From Nitrospirota bacterium (GTDB taxonomy: Bacteria > JACPQY01), in NCBI GenBank assembly GCA_016180645.1, contig JACPAV010000011.1, positions 1 through 64,000 on the forward strand: DNA of 64,000 nt, given 5' to 3'. This document shows, piece after piece, positions 26,645 through 36,227 of this stretch (position 1 is its first letter; every line of letters begins with the position of its first letter). The position numbers were made by a program, and so were the translations under genes. The notes beneath the pieces were generated by a model. It was not told the origin of the DNA. It did not search any database and saw only the letters and a program-made list of their open reading frames with translations.

Positions 26645-28488
26645 TCCACCGTCACGCTTTTCGCCAGGTTCCGCGGCTGGTCCACGTCCGTGCCTCTCAG
26701 GACGGCGATGTGGTACGCGAGAAGCTGCACCACCACGGCCATCAACACAGGCTGCAACCAGGGGTGAACGGGCGGCGTGGGCAGATACGCTTCTGCCTTG
26801 CCCTTGAGAGCTTCCGGCAAACCCGCGGAAACAGCGATTACCCTCCCACCACGACTCCTCACCTCCTCAATGTTGGACAGCATCTTGGCCGTGGTCTCAT
26901 CCGAGCCCACAAAAACCACGACAGGCATTCGTTCGTCGATGAGCGCAATTGGGCCGTGCTTCATCTCGCCCGCCGCGTAGGCCTCGGCATGGATGTACGA
27001 AATCTCCTTCAACTTCAGCGCCCCCTCCATGGCCACGGGATACAGCAGTCCTCGCCCGAGATAGAGGAAGTGCTCCCCCATCTGGTAGCGGCGGGACGTC
27101 TCCTTGATCTTCTCGGAAATATCCAGCACGGCGCGGATCTGGCCGGGTAGATCCACCAAACCGCGGATCAGATCTTTCTTTGCGGCGGAAGGGACCGACT
27201 TCTTCGATCGATTCCCTTCCGACAACCCCAAGGCGCACAGAATCAACGCAACGATCTGGGCGGTAAACGTCTTGGTCGATGCGACGCCGATCTCGGGCCC
27301 GGCGCGCGTGTACAGAACCGCATCCGAGCGTCGCGCCAGACTGGAATCGACCACGTTGCAGATGGAAAGAATCCGCGATTTCGCCTTCCGCGCCTCCTCC
27401 ACACAGGCCAGCGTGTCCGCCGTCTCGCCGGACTGGGAAATGGCCACCACCAGCGTCTCGGAGTCGAACAGCGCCGGACGATACCGGCCCTCGCTTGCAA
27501 TGTCAGCCTGCACCGGAGTCCGGGTGAGTTTCTCCATCACGGCCCGCCCGACGAGCGCCGCGTGATAGGAGGTTCCGCAGGCCGTAAGGACGATCCGCTT
27601 GATTCTCTTCAAGGGCAGCTTGCGCAGTTCGCCCAATTTGAGCGTCCCCGACTTGGAATCGACCCGGCCGGAAAGCGTATCCGCGATCACGGTCGGTTGC
27701 TCGAAAATCTCCTTCAGCATGTAGTGCGGGTATCCGCTTTTCTCGGCCATCGCCTGGGTCCACGTGATTTCCCGTTTCTCGCGGCGCGTGTTTTTGCCGT
27801 TCACGTCGAAGATGTCAATCCAATCGGCATGGAGAACAGCCAGGTCGCCGTCTTCCAGAATGATGACATTCCTCGTGTAGGGCAGAAGCGCGGGAATATC
27901 TGAAGCCATGAAGTTCTCGCCCTCGCCCACGCCAAGAACCAGGGGGGAGCCGCGTCGCATCGCCACGATCACGCCCGGCTGGGAATCGGCCAAAACGCCG
28001 ACCGCAAACGCCCCCCGTATTTTCTTCGCGGCCGAGGTTAGCGCCTTCCGGAGGTCCCGGGCGCCATTGAGCTCGGACTCGACGAGGTGCGCCAGCACCT
28101 CGGTGTCCGTTTCGGACACGAAGCGGTGGCCGGCAAGCTCGCGTCTTACGTCCTGGTAATTTTCGATGATGCCGTTATGAACGACCGTTACCGTGCTTTT
28201 GGAGCCATTGCAGCAGGCGGCATGCGGATGGGCGTTCACGTCGGATGGGGCGCCGTGTGTGGCCCAACGCGTGTGGGCCACCCCCACACGGCCGGTCAGG
28301 GGCTCCGCGCGCAGCCGGCCCTCAAGCTCGGCAATCTTGCCGCGGCATTTGGTCACGCGAACGACCTGTCCCGCATCCACGATCGCGACGCCCGCCGAAT
28401 CGTACCCGCGGTATTCGAGGCGCTTCAGACCGTCCAGCAGGATCGGCTGGCAATCCTTGTTCCCAATGTATCCGACAATTCCACACAT
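26641..28488 (-). CDS. glmS: Glutamine--fructose-6-phosphate transaminase
   Basis: MCGIVG, HTRWATHG, SQSGETAD and PRNLAKSVTVE. Confidence 0.98.
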   Translation of the reverse strand: MCGIVGYIGNKDCQPILLDGLKRLEYRGYDSAGVAIVDAGQVVRVTKCRGKIAELEGRLRAEPLTGRVGVAHTRWATHGAPSDVNAHPHAACCNGSKSTVTVVHNGIIENYQDVRRELAGHRFVSETDTEVLAHLVESELNGARDLRKALTSAAKKIRGAFAVGVLADSQPGVIVAMRRGSPLVLGVGEGENFMASDIPALLPYTRNVIILEDGDLAVLHADWIDIFDVNGKNTRREKREITWTQAMAEKSGYPHYMLKEIFEQPTVIADTLSGRVDSKSGTLKLGELRKLPLKRIKRIVLTACGTSYHAALVGRAVMEKLTRTPVQADIASEGRYRPALFDSETLVVAISQSGETADTLACVEEARKAKSRILSICNVVDSSLARRSDAVLYTRAGPEIGVASTKTFTAQIVALILCALGLSEGNRSKKSVPSAAKKDLIRGLVDLPGQIRAVLDISEKIKETSRRYQMGEHFLYLGRGLLYPVAMEGALKLKEISYIHAEAYAAGEMKHGPIALIDERMPVVVFVGSDETTAKMLSNIEEVRSRGGRVIAVSAGLPEALKGKAEAYLPTPPVHPWLQPVLMAVVVQLLAYHIAVLRGTDVDQPRNLAKSVTVE

Positions 28489-28530
28489 CGCTGCATGAGT
28501 ATACTCACTCCCCCCGCCCTCTCACAACTG

Positions 28531-28633
28531 GCCATCGACACCTCATGGCCGGCGCTAAAGACGCGCCCATCAAGGGCGCGGCTACCAGCGCGCTCCGGCC
28601 ATCCGTGGTAGCCGCGGGCTTCATGCCCGCGTC
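28531..28633. repeat. REP elements
   Basis: GCGCCCATCAAGGGCGCGGCTAC and GTAGCCGCGGGCTTCATGCCCGCG. Confidence 0.8.
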
Positions 28634-28651
28634 CTCCACTTCTCAGTGCCT

Positions 28652-29086
28652 CTAGATTACGGGCCGTGCAGGAAACAGGTGATACAACATCAAGTAGACC
28701 AGAACGCCCGTGACGGAGACATAGAGCCAGATCGGCAGCGTCCAGCGCGCGATCCGGCGATGACGGTCGAAATGTTTTTTCAAGGCGCGCGTCAGGGTCA
28801 TGAGGACGAGCGGGACGATTACGACCGCCAGAACGGTATGCGAACCCAGGAGGGCGAAATAAAAAGGGCGCGACCATCCGGTGCCGGTGAATCGGGTCAC
28901 CCCGGCCGAATAGTGGTACGTGAGGTAGGAAATCAAGAACAGGACGGAAGCCGTCAATGCCCCGATCATGCAGGCCCGATGGGCCCTCACCTTTTTCCTT
29001 CGAATGAAATAGAAGCCCGTGCCCAGCAGCACGGCGCTTGTCCCGTTCAATGTCGCATTGAGCGCAGGCAGATCCGATACGGACAT
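28652..29086 (-). CDS. DUF420 (CtaM-like) membrane protein
   Basis: LP.LNA.LN, FLISYL.YH and HRRIARWTLPIWLYVSVTG. Confidence 0.9.
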   Translation of the reverse strand: MSVSDLPALNATLNGTSAVLLGTGFYFIRRKKVRAHRACMIGALTASVLFLISYLTYHYSAGVTRFTGTGWSRPFYFALLGSHTVLAVVIVPLVLMTLTRALKKHFDRHRRIARWTLPIWLYVSVTGVLVYLMLYHLFPARPVI

Positions 29087-29724
29087 CACCAAATCCCCAG
29101 GAACGATTCCGGTGCCAGCGCCCTGGCGTCTCTTCGAAGCTCGTTCATGGCTTCCGGGTCCTCTCCATCGTAGTACCCTCGAACGCTGCCCCTTGGATCG
29201 ATCAACACGAACCGCGTCGTGTGGAGGATCTCGTCACCGCCTTCGGAGGACATGATGGGCAATCGAAATCCATCCTGCGTGAGCGCCACGATGTTCTCGC
29301 GCGGACCAGTCAAGAACCACCATCGGGTGTCCGAGGCGCCAAATCGAGTGGCATATTTTCGGAGGGCCTCGGGCGTGTCACGTTCTGGATCCACCGACAC
29401 GGAGAGTAGATGGACCTTGTCCGGAAGATCAGTTTGGAGCTGCTTCATCTGGGCGCTCAAGCGCGGACACGGCCCAGGACAATTCGTGAAAATGAAATCC
29501 ACAATCCAGGCTTTTCCGAGAAGATCCTGTTTGGATACCGGTCGCCCGCTCCGCTCGGTCAGCGTAAAATCCGGAACGCCGCCGAAATCCGGAAGATCCA
29601 CCGCACGGTGGCACGCCGCGGTGACCAGCCAGCAACTCAGCGCAGCGCAAAGCAACATTGGACGCCACCTGAAATGGCCATCTTTCTCCTCCCGACAACT
29701 GACGACTGACGACTCACGACTCAC
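29086..29724 (-). CDS. SCO family copper chaperone
   Basis: FIFTNCPGPCP (CxxxC), VDPERDTP and conserved His (ILHTT). Confidence 0.92.
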   Translation of the reverse strand: MSRESSVVSCREEKDGHFRWRPMLLCAALSCWLVTAACHRAVDLPDFGGVPDFTLTERSGRPVSKQDLLGKAWIVDFIFTNCPGPCPRLSAQMKQLQTDLPDKVHLLSVSVDPERDTPEALRKYATRFGASDTRWWFLTGPRENIVALTQDGFRLPIMSSEGGDEILHTTRFVLIDPRGSVRGYYDGEDPEAMNELRRDARALAPESFLGIW

Positions 29725-29726
29725 GA

Positions 29727-30590
29727 CTAGTGGTCCCCATTCGTCCTCCGATCACACATGATTTTCGCCACGGTGAACGTGAGCGCCAGAAAAATCCCGA
29801 GGGCGGCCAGACAAGCCCCCCATGACGGCACGTCTCCGGCTCTCAAGGGATCGCTCCAGTAGACGGCACGCCGAAAAGCCGCGACGCCATACGTCAACGG
29901 ATTGACCATCATGATGGCGCGGAGCCATCCCGCCCCACCCGATCCGGGAAAGAATGAGCCGGAGAGGAACCACATCGGAAGCAGGAAGAGATTCATGACG
30001 GCGTGAAAACCTTGGGTCGAGTCTAGCCGCCAGGCTAGAATAAATCCCAGCGAAGTCAGGCCGGCACCTACGAGGAGCAGAACCCCGATCGCCGCAAGGA
30101 ATCCGACGACACCGGCCGACATGCCAAAGGCCATTCCGAGCAGAAGAAACAGACCCGCCTGCAGGGTGGCCACAAGCGTTCCGCCGAGAACTTTTCCAAT
30201 CACAATCACCCCGCGGGGGACGGGGGCCACAAGGACGCCCTGTAGGAATCCCGTCTTCCGATCCTCGATCACCGAAATGGTGGAGAAGATCGAAGCAAAC
30301 AGCATAATCATGACCACCGTGCCGGGAAAGAAATATTCGAGAAAGTCCACCCCTGCCGGAACACCCTGCGGTTTGAAGGAAGATCTCAGACCGGCCCCAA
30401 GAAGAAGCCAGAAAACCACCGGCGTCAGGAGGGCGCCTACCACACGGCTCCTCTGACGGAAAAACTGCAATTGTTCCCGCCAGAGAAGCGCCAGGGCGGC
30501 GCGCGCGACGAACATCGCAGAGTGCCGAGCTCCGAGTCCCGAGTCCCGAGGTTGAAGCCCGGGAGGAACGGATCTCAAGTCACTGCTCAT
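29727..30590 (-). CDS. ABC-2 type permease
   Basis: YFFPG, EDRKTGFLQGVLVAPV and NPLTYGV. Confidence 0.9.
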   Translation of the reverse strand: MSSDLRSVPPGLQPRDSGLGARHSAMFVARAALALLWREQLQFFRQRSRVVGALLTPVVFWLLLGAGLRSSFKPQGVPAGVDFLEYFFPGTVVMIMLFASIFSTISVIEDRKTGFLQGVLVAPVPRGVIVIGKVLGGTLVATLQAGLFLLLGMAFGMSAGVVGFLAAIGVLLLVGAGLTSLGFILAWRLDSTQGFHAVMNLFLLPMWFLSGSFFPGSGGAGWLRAIMMVNPLTYGVAAFRRAVYWSDPLRAGDVPSWGACLAALGIFLALTFTVAKIMCDRRTNGDH

Positions 30591-30622
30591 GATTCAGACA
30601 CTCAGGACTCATGACCCTGCAC

Positions 30623-31540
30623 TCATGACTCATGGCGGTATGCCTTTCCCGTCCGCCGAACGAACACATCCTCCAGCGTCGGTTTACGAAGCGAGACGGA
30701 ACGGACGCGGCCGGGCAGTCCCTCCACCAGTTGGGGGATGAACGTGTGACCGGCCGGCTGCTCCATCCTCACATATCCATCCACCACTTGGGCCTTCGCG
30801 CCAAACTTCTCGTCGATCGCCCGACCCAGGCCGGCAGGGTCATCCGTTTCGATCACCAGCACGTCCCCGCCCACTTCCGCCGAAAGAGCGGGAGGCGCCC
30901 CGATAGCCACCAACCGGCCTGCATCAAGCATGCCCACCCGATCGCACTTCCCCGCCTCATCCATCATGTGCGTCGTCAGCAGCACGGTCGTTCCCTCAGT
31001 TTCCCGGCTTCGTTTCAATACGGCCCATAGATCCGCCCTCGCAGCAGGATCAAGACCCGTGGAAGGCTCATCCAGTACCAGTAGACGAGGCTTGTGGATA
31101 AGGCTCTTGGCAATTTCGACCCGTCTCCGCGTTCCGCCGGAAAGGCGACCGGTCCGTTCCCCGGCTCGATCCTCCAATCCGAATGCCGCCAGTAGCTCCC
31201 TGATCCGACTCTTGAGGGCCACCCCAGTCACCCCATGCATCGGCCCTTGGATCGTGAGGTTCTCCGCGATGGTCAGGTGCTGATCGAGCGCGGGCGATTG
31301 GAATACTACGCCCATCGATCGCCGCGCCGCGAAAGGGTCCCTCACAACATCCACTCCGTTCACCTCCACCCTGCCGGATCGTGGACGAAGCAGCGTGCAC
31401 AGGATTCTGAGGAGCGTGGTTTTCCCGCCCCCGTTCGGCCCGACCAGACCGAAGATCTCTCCGGCGCCGACTTCAAATGAGACCTCATTCAGGGCCGCCC
31501 TCTTCCCGTAGTCGTGCGACAAGTCTCTCACCGCGATCAT
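30623..31540 (-). CDS. ABC transporter ATP-binding protein
   Basis: GPNGGGKT, LSGG, LDEPSTGLD and TTH. Confidence 0.95.
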   Translation of the reverse strand: MIAVRDLSHDYGKRAALNEVSFEVGAGEIFGLVGPNGGGKTTLLRILCTLLRPRSGRVEVNGVDVVRDPFAARRSMGVVFQSPALDQHLTIAENLTIQGPMHGVTGVALKSRIRELLAAFGLEDRAGERTGRLSGGTRRRVEIAKSLIHKPRLLVLDEPSTGLDPAARADLWAVLKRSRETEGTTVLLTTHMMDEAGKCDRVGMLDAGRLVAIGAPPALSAEVGGDVLVIETDDPAGLGRAIDEKFGAKAQVVDGYVRMEQPAGHTFIPQLVEGLPGRVRSVSLRKPTLEDVFVRRTGKAYRHES

Positions 31541-31565
31541 GATGAACCTGCCCGGCAGCCGGCCT

Positions 31566-32480
31566 TTATTCCGCCCAGAGGGTTGCCTGTGCAGCCATGA
31601 TTCCAAGAATCAGGGGAAGGTACGTGACGGAAGTCAGAAAGAACCATCGCGCCCGTTCGATGCTGCGATGAACCGAGAACACCACCGCCGCAACAAGAAA
31701 ACCGAGGCCCAGAACCGCGATGGAGAGCGGCACGATGACGCCGGAATTTCTCAGTATCCCCGGTGCAAGGCTGACACCGACCAAACCCACCGTGAAGATC
31801 AGCCCCACGGCGGCCACGGTTTTCCCGCTTGGGTCCACCACGGACAGCATCGGCAGCCCCGCCCGCTGGTAGTCCTCCCGGTACATCCAAGAGAGCGCCA
31901 TGAAGTGTGGGAATTGCCAGAGAAACAGGATTGCAAAGAGGAGCCACGCCCCCGCTCCGATGCCGTGGCCCGCGGCAGCCCAACCCATTAGTGGAGGAAC
32001 GGCCCCCGGCACCGCACCGACCGCCACGCAGAGCCACGTCTTTTTTTTCAACGGCGTGTAGGCGGCAAGGTAGAACAGGATCGTGAGGATGGCCAACCCT
32101 CCGGTGGGGAGATTCACGCCGACGAGCAGAACGGTCACGCCGGTCACGCAGAGCGCGGCGCCAAAGAGCAGCGCCTGTGCGGAAGAGAGCCGGCCTGCGG
32201 GAAGGGGCCGCATGCGCGTACGGGCCATCAAACCATCGGTCGCTTTCTCCATGAGCATGTTCAGGGCATTCGCGCCCCCGGAGCACAGGCCTGTTCCCAG
32301 GATCGTGATCAATAGAAGCGGAACGTTGACCGCCCCGTGAGACGCGAGGATGAAGGCCATGGCGGCCGTCAGTACGACCATCGAACTGATGCCGGGCTTG
32401 GTCAGCGTCAGGTAGTCGGTCCACGGTCGCCGATCCACCGCAACTCCATCCATGGGCAAGGGCGTCGCGACTCCGCTCAA
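31566..32480 (-). CDS. ctaB: Heme o synthase (protoheme IX farnesyltransferase)
   Basis: LTKPGI, D.LM.RT..RPLP.G, YT.LK, WQFPHF and Y.EDY..AG.PM. Start is TTG 32480 or ATG 32453. Confidence 0.93.
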   Translation of the reverse strand: MSGVATPLPMDGVAVDRRPWTDYLTLTKPGISSMVVLTAAMAFILASHGAVNVPLLLITILGTGLCSGGANALNMLMEKATDGLMARTRMRPLPAGRLSSAQALLFGAALCVTGVTVLLVGVNLPTGGLAILTILFYLAAYTPLKKKTWLCVAVGAVPGAVPPLMGWAAAGHGIGAGAWLLFAILFLWQFPHFMALSWMYREDYQRAGLPMLSVVDPSGKTVAAVGLIFTVGLVGVSLAPGILRNSGVIVPLSIAVLGLGFLVAAVVFSVHRSIERARWFFLTSVTYLPLILGIMAAQATLWAE

Positions 32481-33505
32481 GACCGGCCCTGGATCCCGTT
32501 CGCCGCCTGCCCGCCGGTAGTCGCCCCTGGAAATGCCGTCTTGAGGCTGAGCACGACAAAGGTCATAAGCAAGAGGGCCCCCACCGCTACATGGACGGTG
32601 GTCACGCTGATGAACCGTCCGACAAAATAGAGGGTGAGGCCGAGTGACACTTGGACGAGAACAAGCCCCATCGACGTCCACGCCAGCGGCCGGAGGGCGG
32701 CCGGGCGTGATGCCGGCCGTACTCTCGACATTTCCGGCGGACAGGACGTCCGCGATACGGGTGAGAGTGCGACCCCGGATGATTGTCGAAGGATTCCGAC
32801 GGCGGACCAGAACACCGCGACGGCCACCAACCCAGCGCCGATCATGTGGGGAACCAATGCCAGCCCCGTATGGCGCACAATCGCGCCGAGAATGAGTTGG
32901 ATGTAGATGAGCACCGTGGTGACCACGGGCGCATTCACCTTGAAGCGGCCGGCCCTCCGTACCGAGGCACTGGCGGGAGGTTCGGCCCCTCGGCTCGTCG
33001 GACTTGTTCCTTGAGTTTCCATCCGGCGATTATCAATCCACTCCGGCGAAGTCGCAACGGACAAGACAACCAATAGGCTGAGCACCCCCTGCGCCAGGCA
33101 GGCATGGCTGACGGACATCACAGGCGGAAGTTTCAAGAGTACCGTCGCGCCGCCCAGGAACGCCTGCAATACGATGGCGCCCATCGCGGCGTAGGCCAGT
33201 CCCCTCACCCAGGCGCGGGAATCGCGTGCTCCAATCCAGAATCCCAGCACGACCACCAGGAGGCCCACCACGCCGGCGATCATGCGGTGGCCATGCTCGA
33301 AGAGGACCCCGCCCTGCATGGGCGGGAAGAACTGCCCGAATGAGAGCGGCCAGTCCGGGACAGCGAGGGCCGAACCGGTGCTGGTCACCAGCCCTCCGGC
33401 ACAAATCAACACGAAGGCGCCGCCGGTCGTCACCTGCGCCAGGCGGTGGAAGGCCGACGCGCGTGAAGCCCCGGATGCGGACAGATCGAGCGATTGAACA
33501 GGCAT
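32477..33505 (-). CDS. ctaA: Heme A synthase (COX15/CtaA family)
   Basis: GGLVTSTGS.LAVPDWP, FEHGHR and further conserved His residues; two loop insertions. Confidence 0.85.
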   Translation of the reverse strand: MPVQSLDLSASGASRASAFHRLAQVTTGGAFVLICAGGLVTSTGSALAVPDWPLSFGQFFPPMQGGVLFEHGHRMIAGVVGLLVVVLGFWIGARDSRAWVRGLAYAAMGAIVLQAFLGGATVLLKLPPVMSVSHACLAQGVLSLLVVLSVATSPEWIDNRRMETQGTSPTSRGAEPPASASVRRAGRFKVNAPVVTTVLIYIQLILGAIVRHTGLALVPHMIGAGLVAVAVFWSAVGILRQSSGVALSPVSRTSCPPEMSRVRPASRPAALRPLAWTSMGLVLVQVSLGLTLYFVGRFISVTTVHVAVGALLLMTFVVLSLKTAFPGATTGGQAANGIQGRS

Positions 33506-33593
33506 CGCGCGAGAATACCACGCCGATCCTCACGAGGGAAAATGTCTCGTTGTGGCATTCGGACGGAATCGGGGCTATGCTGCCGCGGTTCAA

Positions 33594-34832
33594 ATGCGCA
33601 TTCGACTCCGTTACGGCAAGAAATCCTTCTATTGGGAGGACTCGCGGCTGACCCCGCGGCTGGTCCAGCCGCTGGAATCGAACGGCCGGGCCGTGGCCGT
33701 GCCCCATTCGATCGGCGAAGATTTCGAACACTATCTGGCCGGGGGAAAGGACCTCCTGGTCGTGGCGCCGGACGTGACCCGCCATTGCGGACTTCACAAA
33801 CTGTTTCACCTGATCCTCCGCCACGCCGCCGCCGCCGGCATTCCCGAATCCAAAGTCAAAGTGCTCTTCGCGAACGGCCTGCATCGGGAGCTCCGCATCG
33901 CCGAGATGAAGCAAATTCTCGGACTCCTGACGGGTTCGGACTGCGTCCTGGTGAACCACAACGCGCGCGAATCGCGCGATCTCGTTTCCCTGGGCCATTC
34001 CCCGAAGGGAATCAAGGTCGAGGTCAACCGGGCCATCGTCGAGGCCGACCGGATCCTTCTCACCGGCGCCATCGGGTTCCACTACCTCGCCGGCTACAGC
34101 GGCGGTTGGAAGATCGTCGTGCCGGGCGTCGCCTCACACGACACGATCCTCGCGTTTCACAAATTGACGCTCGAGGGAGGCCCCGCCGTCGGTCTTGGAC
34201 GCACACAGGGCAACCCGTTTTTCGAAGAGATCCACTCTCTCGGCAAGCTCCTTCAAAAACCCTGCTTCGCTGTCAACACCGTTCTCGCGCCGGACGGCCG
34301 ACTGCTCCGCCTATTCAGCGGCGACGTGGCCAAAGCGTTCCGGGAAGGATGCGATTTCTACCGCGGCATCTTCGAGCGACCGATCCAGGAAAAGGCGGAT
34401 CTCGCCGTCGTGTCCTGCGGAGGGTTCCCGAAGGACATCAACCTCATCCAGGCGCACAAGGCCATCGAGTCCGGCGTCCGGGCCATCTCGCCCGGTGGAA
34501 CGCTGATCCTTCTGGCGGAATGTCCGGACGGGTTCGGCCACCCGCAATTTCTCGAGTGGTTCGCGCATGAATCCTCGAGCATCCTCTACTCGCACCTGAA
34601 GGAAAACTTCCACGTCTACGCCCGAACCGCATGGTCCATCCTGAAGAAAACCGAAGAGTACCGCGTCCTGCTCGTCTCGGCGCTCAAGCATACGGAATTG
34701 CTCCGAACCGGCCTCGTGGCTTGCAGCTCCCTGAAGGATGCCCTATATTACTCCCGCAAAATGCTCGGCTCCGGAAAACCATTCTACGTTATTCCCGAAG
34801 GGAGCTGGGTCCTCCCGTCTCCAGAAAATTGA
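33594..34832 (+). CDS. larA: Nickel-pincer-dependent lactate racemase family protein (LarA-like)
   Basis: PDVTR, ANGLHR, FHYLAGYSGG.K..PG and GGFPKDINLIQ..K. Confidence 0.85.
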   Translation: MRIRLRYGKKSFYWEDSRLTPRLVQPLESNGRAVAVPHSIGEDFEHYLAGGKDLLVVAPDVTRHCGLHKLFHLILRHAAAAGIPESKVKVLFANGLHRELRIAEMKQILGLLTGSDCVLVNHNARESRDLVSLGHSPKGIKVEVNRAIVEADRILLTGAIGFHYLAGYSGGWKIVVPGVASHDTILAFHKLTLEGGPAVGLGRTQGNPFFEEIHSLGKLLQKPCFAVNTVLAPDGRLLRLFSGDVAKAFREGCDFYRGIFERPIQEKADLAVVSCGGFPKDINLIQAHKAIESGVRAISPGGTLILLAECPDGFGHPQFLEWFAHESSSILYSHLKENFHVYARTAWSILKKTEEYRVLLVSALKHTELLRTGLVACSSLKDALYYSRKMLGSGKPFYVIPEGSWVLPSPEN

Positions 34833-34833
34833 C

Positions 34834-36219
34834 ATGACTCGCCGCATCGTATTCGCCGTCACCGTTCTCTCCCTCCTCATCGCCTACATATTCGCCGACC
34901 GATGGTGGGAGAAACGCAAAGAGGACAAGAAGACGAAGGAGACCAAGCTCTTCGACCTGAAGGCGGACGACGTGGAGGAGATCACCGTTCAGATGGCGGG
35001 CAAAGACGAGAAGGTGCTGGTCAAGGAAGGCGAAAAAACGTGGAAACTCATCAAGCCCGTGACGGATCTTGCCGATGAAGCGACAGTCCGCAGCATGACC
35101 TCCAAGATCGAGGAGCTGAATTTCGAGCGCGTGATCGATGAGGCGCCCTCGGATCCCAGCTCGTACGGGTTCAATCCCTTCGTTGTTCGCGTGGCCTTCA
35201 AAGCCAAAGGGAAACCGGAGCCGAAGGAATTCCAGATCGGCGAAAAGACACAGGTGGGATACAATCAATATCTCCGCGTCACCGGCAGCCCCCGCATCCT
35301 CCTCACCAGCTCCAGCGTCAAGAGCGTGTACGACCGCGACCTTCTCAGCCTCCGCGCCAAGGAGGTCGTGAGGGCCGAGCGCGATACGATACAACGCCTC
35401 GAATTCATGAATCCCAAATCGCCGAAGCCCGTCGTCCTCCGGCGCACGAACGAGAAATGGGTCGCGGATGCCGATCCCATTCTGGATCTCGATCAGGAGT
35501 CGGTGAAGAACGTCGTCAGGGATCTCGTCAATCTGCGCATCAGGGACTTCGATGACGAGGCGCCGAAGAATCTCAAGAAGTTCGGGCTCGTCAAGGCGGC
35601 CGCCGCCTACTCCGTGGAGTGGAGCACCGCTTCCGGCGTCGCGTCGGAAACCGTCCTCTTCGGAGACAAGGTGAAGGACAAAGACCGATTCTACGCGAAG
35701 CAGGGATCCCGCGCGACCGTGTTCGAAGTGGACAAGTACACCTTCGACAACCTGAACAAGAGCCTGGATGATCTGAAGGAGAAGCACCCCCTGCGCTTCA
35801 ACCGATTCGATTTGACCGCCTTGGAGGTCGATACGCCTTCCAAATCCTATGCCCTGGAAAAAGTGGACGGGGTATGGACCCTGACCAAGCCCGAGAAGAC
35901 CCAGGCCAGGGCCGAGGTCATCAGCGATCTGCTGATTCTCCTCGAAGACGCCGAGGGGAAGGCAATCACGAAGACCGAGAAATCCGAATACGGCCTGAGC
36001 GCGCCTCAAATCAGGGTGCGGATGAAAGAAAAGGAGAAGTCCCACCCGCAGATTACCATCGGCAACATGATCTTGAAAGACGGCAAGGACCACGTCTACA
36101 TCCGGAACGACGGGACGGGAATGATCTATCTCTCGGCAGCTCCCCGTATCAAGGAGATCCTTCGGGGGCTTGAAGACCTGAAGGCGCCTGAAGAGAAAAC
36201 AGGGCCGAAGTCGAACTAG
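34834..36219 (+). CDS. DUF4340 repeat protein
   Basis: N-terminal TM; three repeats of W....P...A/D, YG/FG and IG motifs. Confidence 0.8.
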   Translation: MTRRIVFAVTVLSLLIAYIFADRWWEKRKEDKKTKETKLFDLKADDVEEITVQMAGKDEKVLVKEGEKTWKLIKPVTDLADEATVRSMTSKIEELNFERVIDEAPSDPSSYGFNPFVVRVAFKAKGKPEPKEFQIGEKTQVGYNQYLRVTGSPRILLTSSSVKSVYDRDLLSLRAKEVVRAERDTIQRLEFMNPKSPKPVVLRRTNEKWVADADPILDLDQESVKNVVRDLVNLRIRDFDDEAPKNLKKFGLVKAAAAYSVEWSTASGVASETVLFGDKVKDKDRFYAKQGSRATVFEVDKYTFDNLNKSLDDLKEKHPLRFNRFDLTALEVDTPSKSYALEKVDGVWTLTKPEKTQARAEVISDLLILLEDAEGKAITKTEKSEYGLSAPQIRVRMKEKEKSHPQITIGNMILKDGKDHVYIRNDGTGMIYLSAAPRIKEILRGLEDLKAPEEKTGPKSN

Positions 36220-36227
36220 CTCTTCGA

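Noticed and set aside
28489-28651. glmS ribozyme
   Set aside because: The region is filled by REP palindromes, and a -10-like TATACT lies only 9 nt from the ATG.
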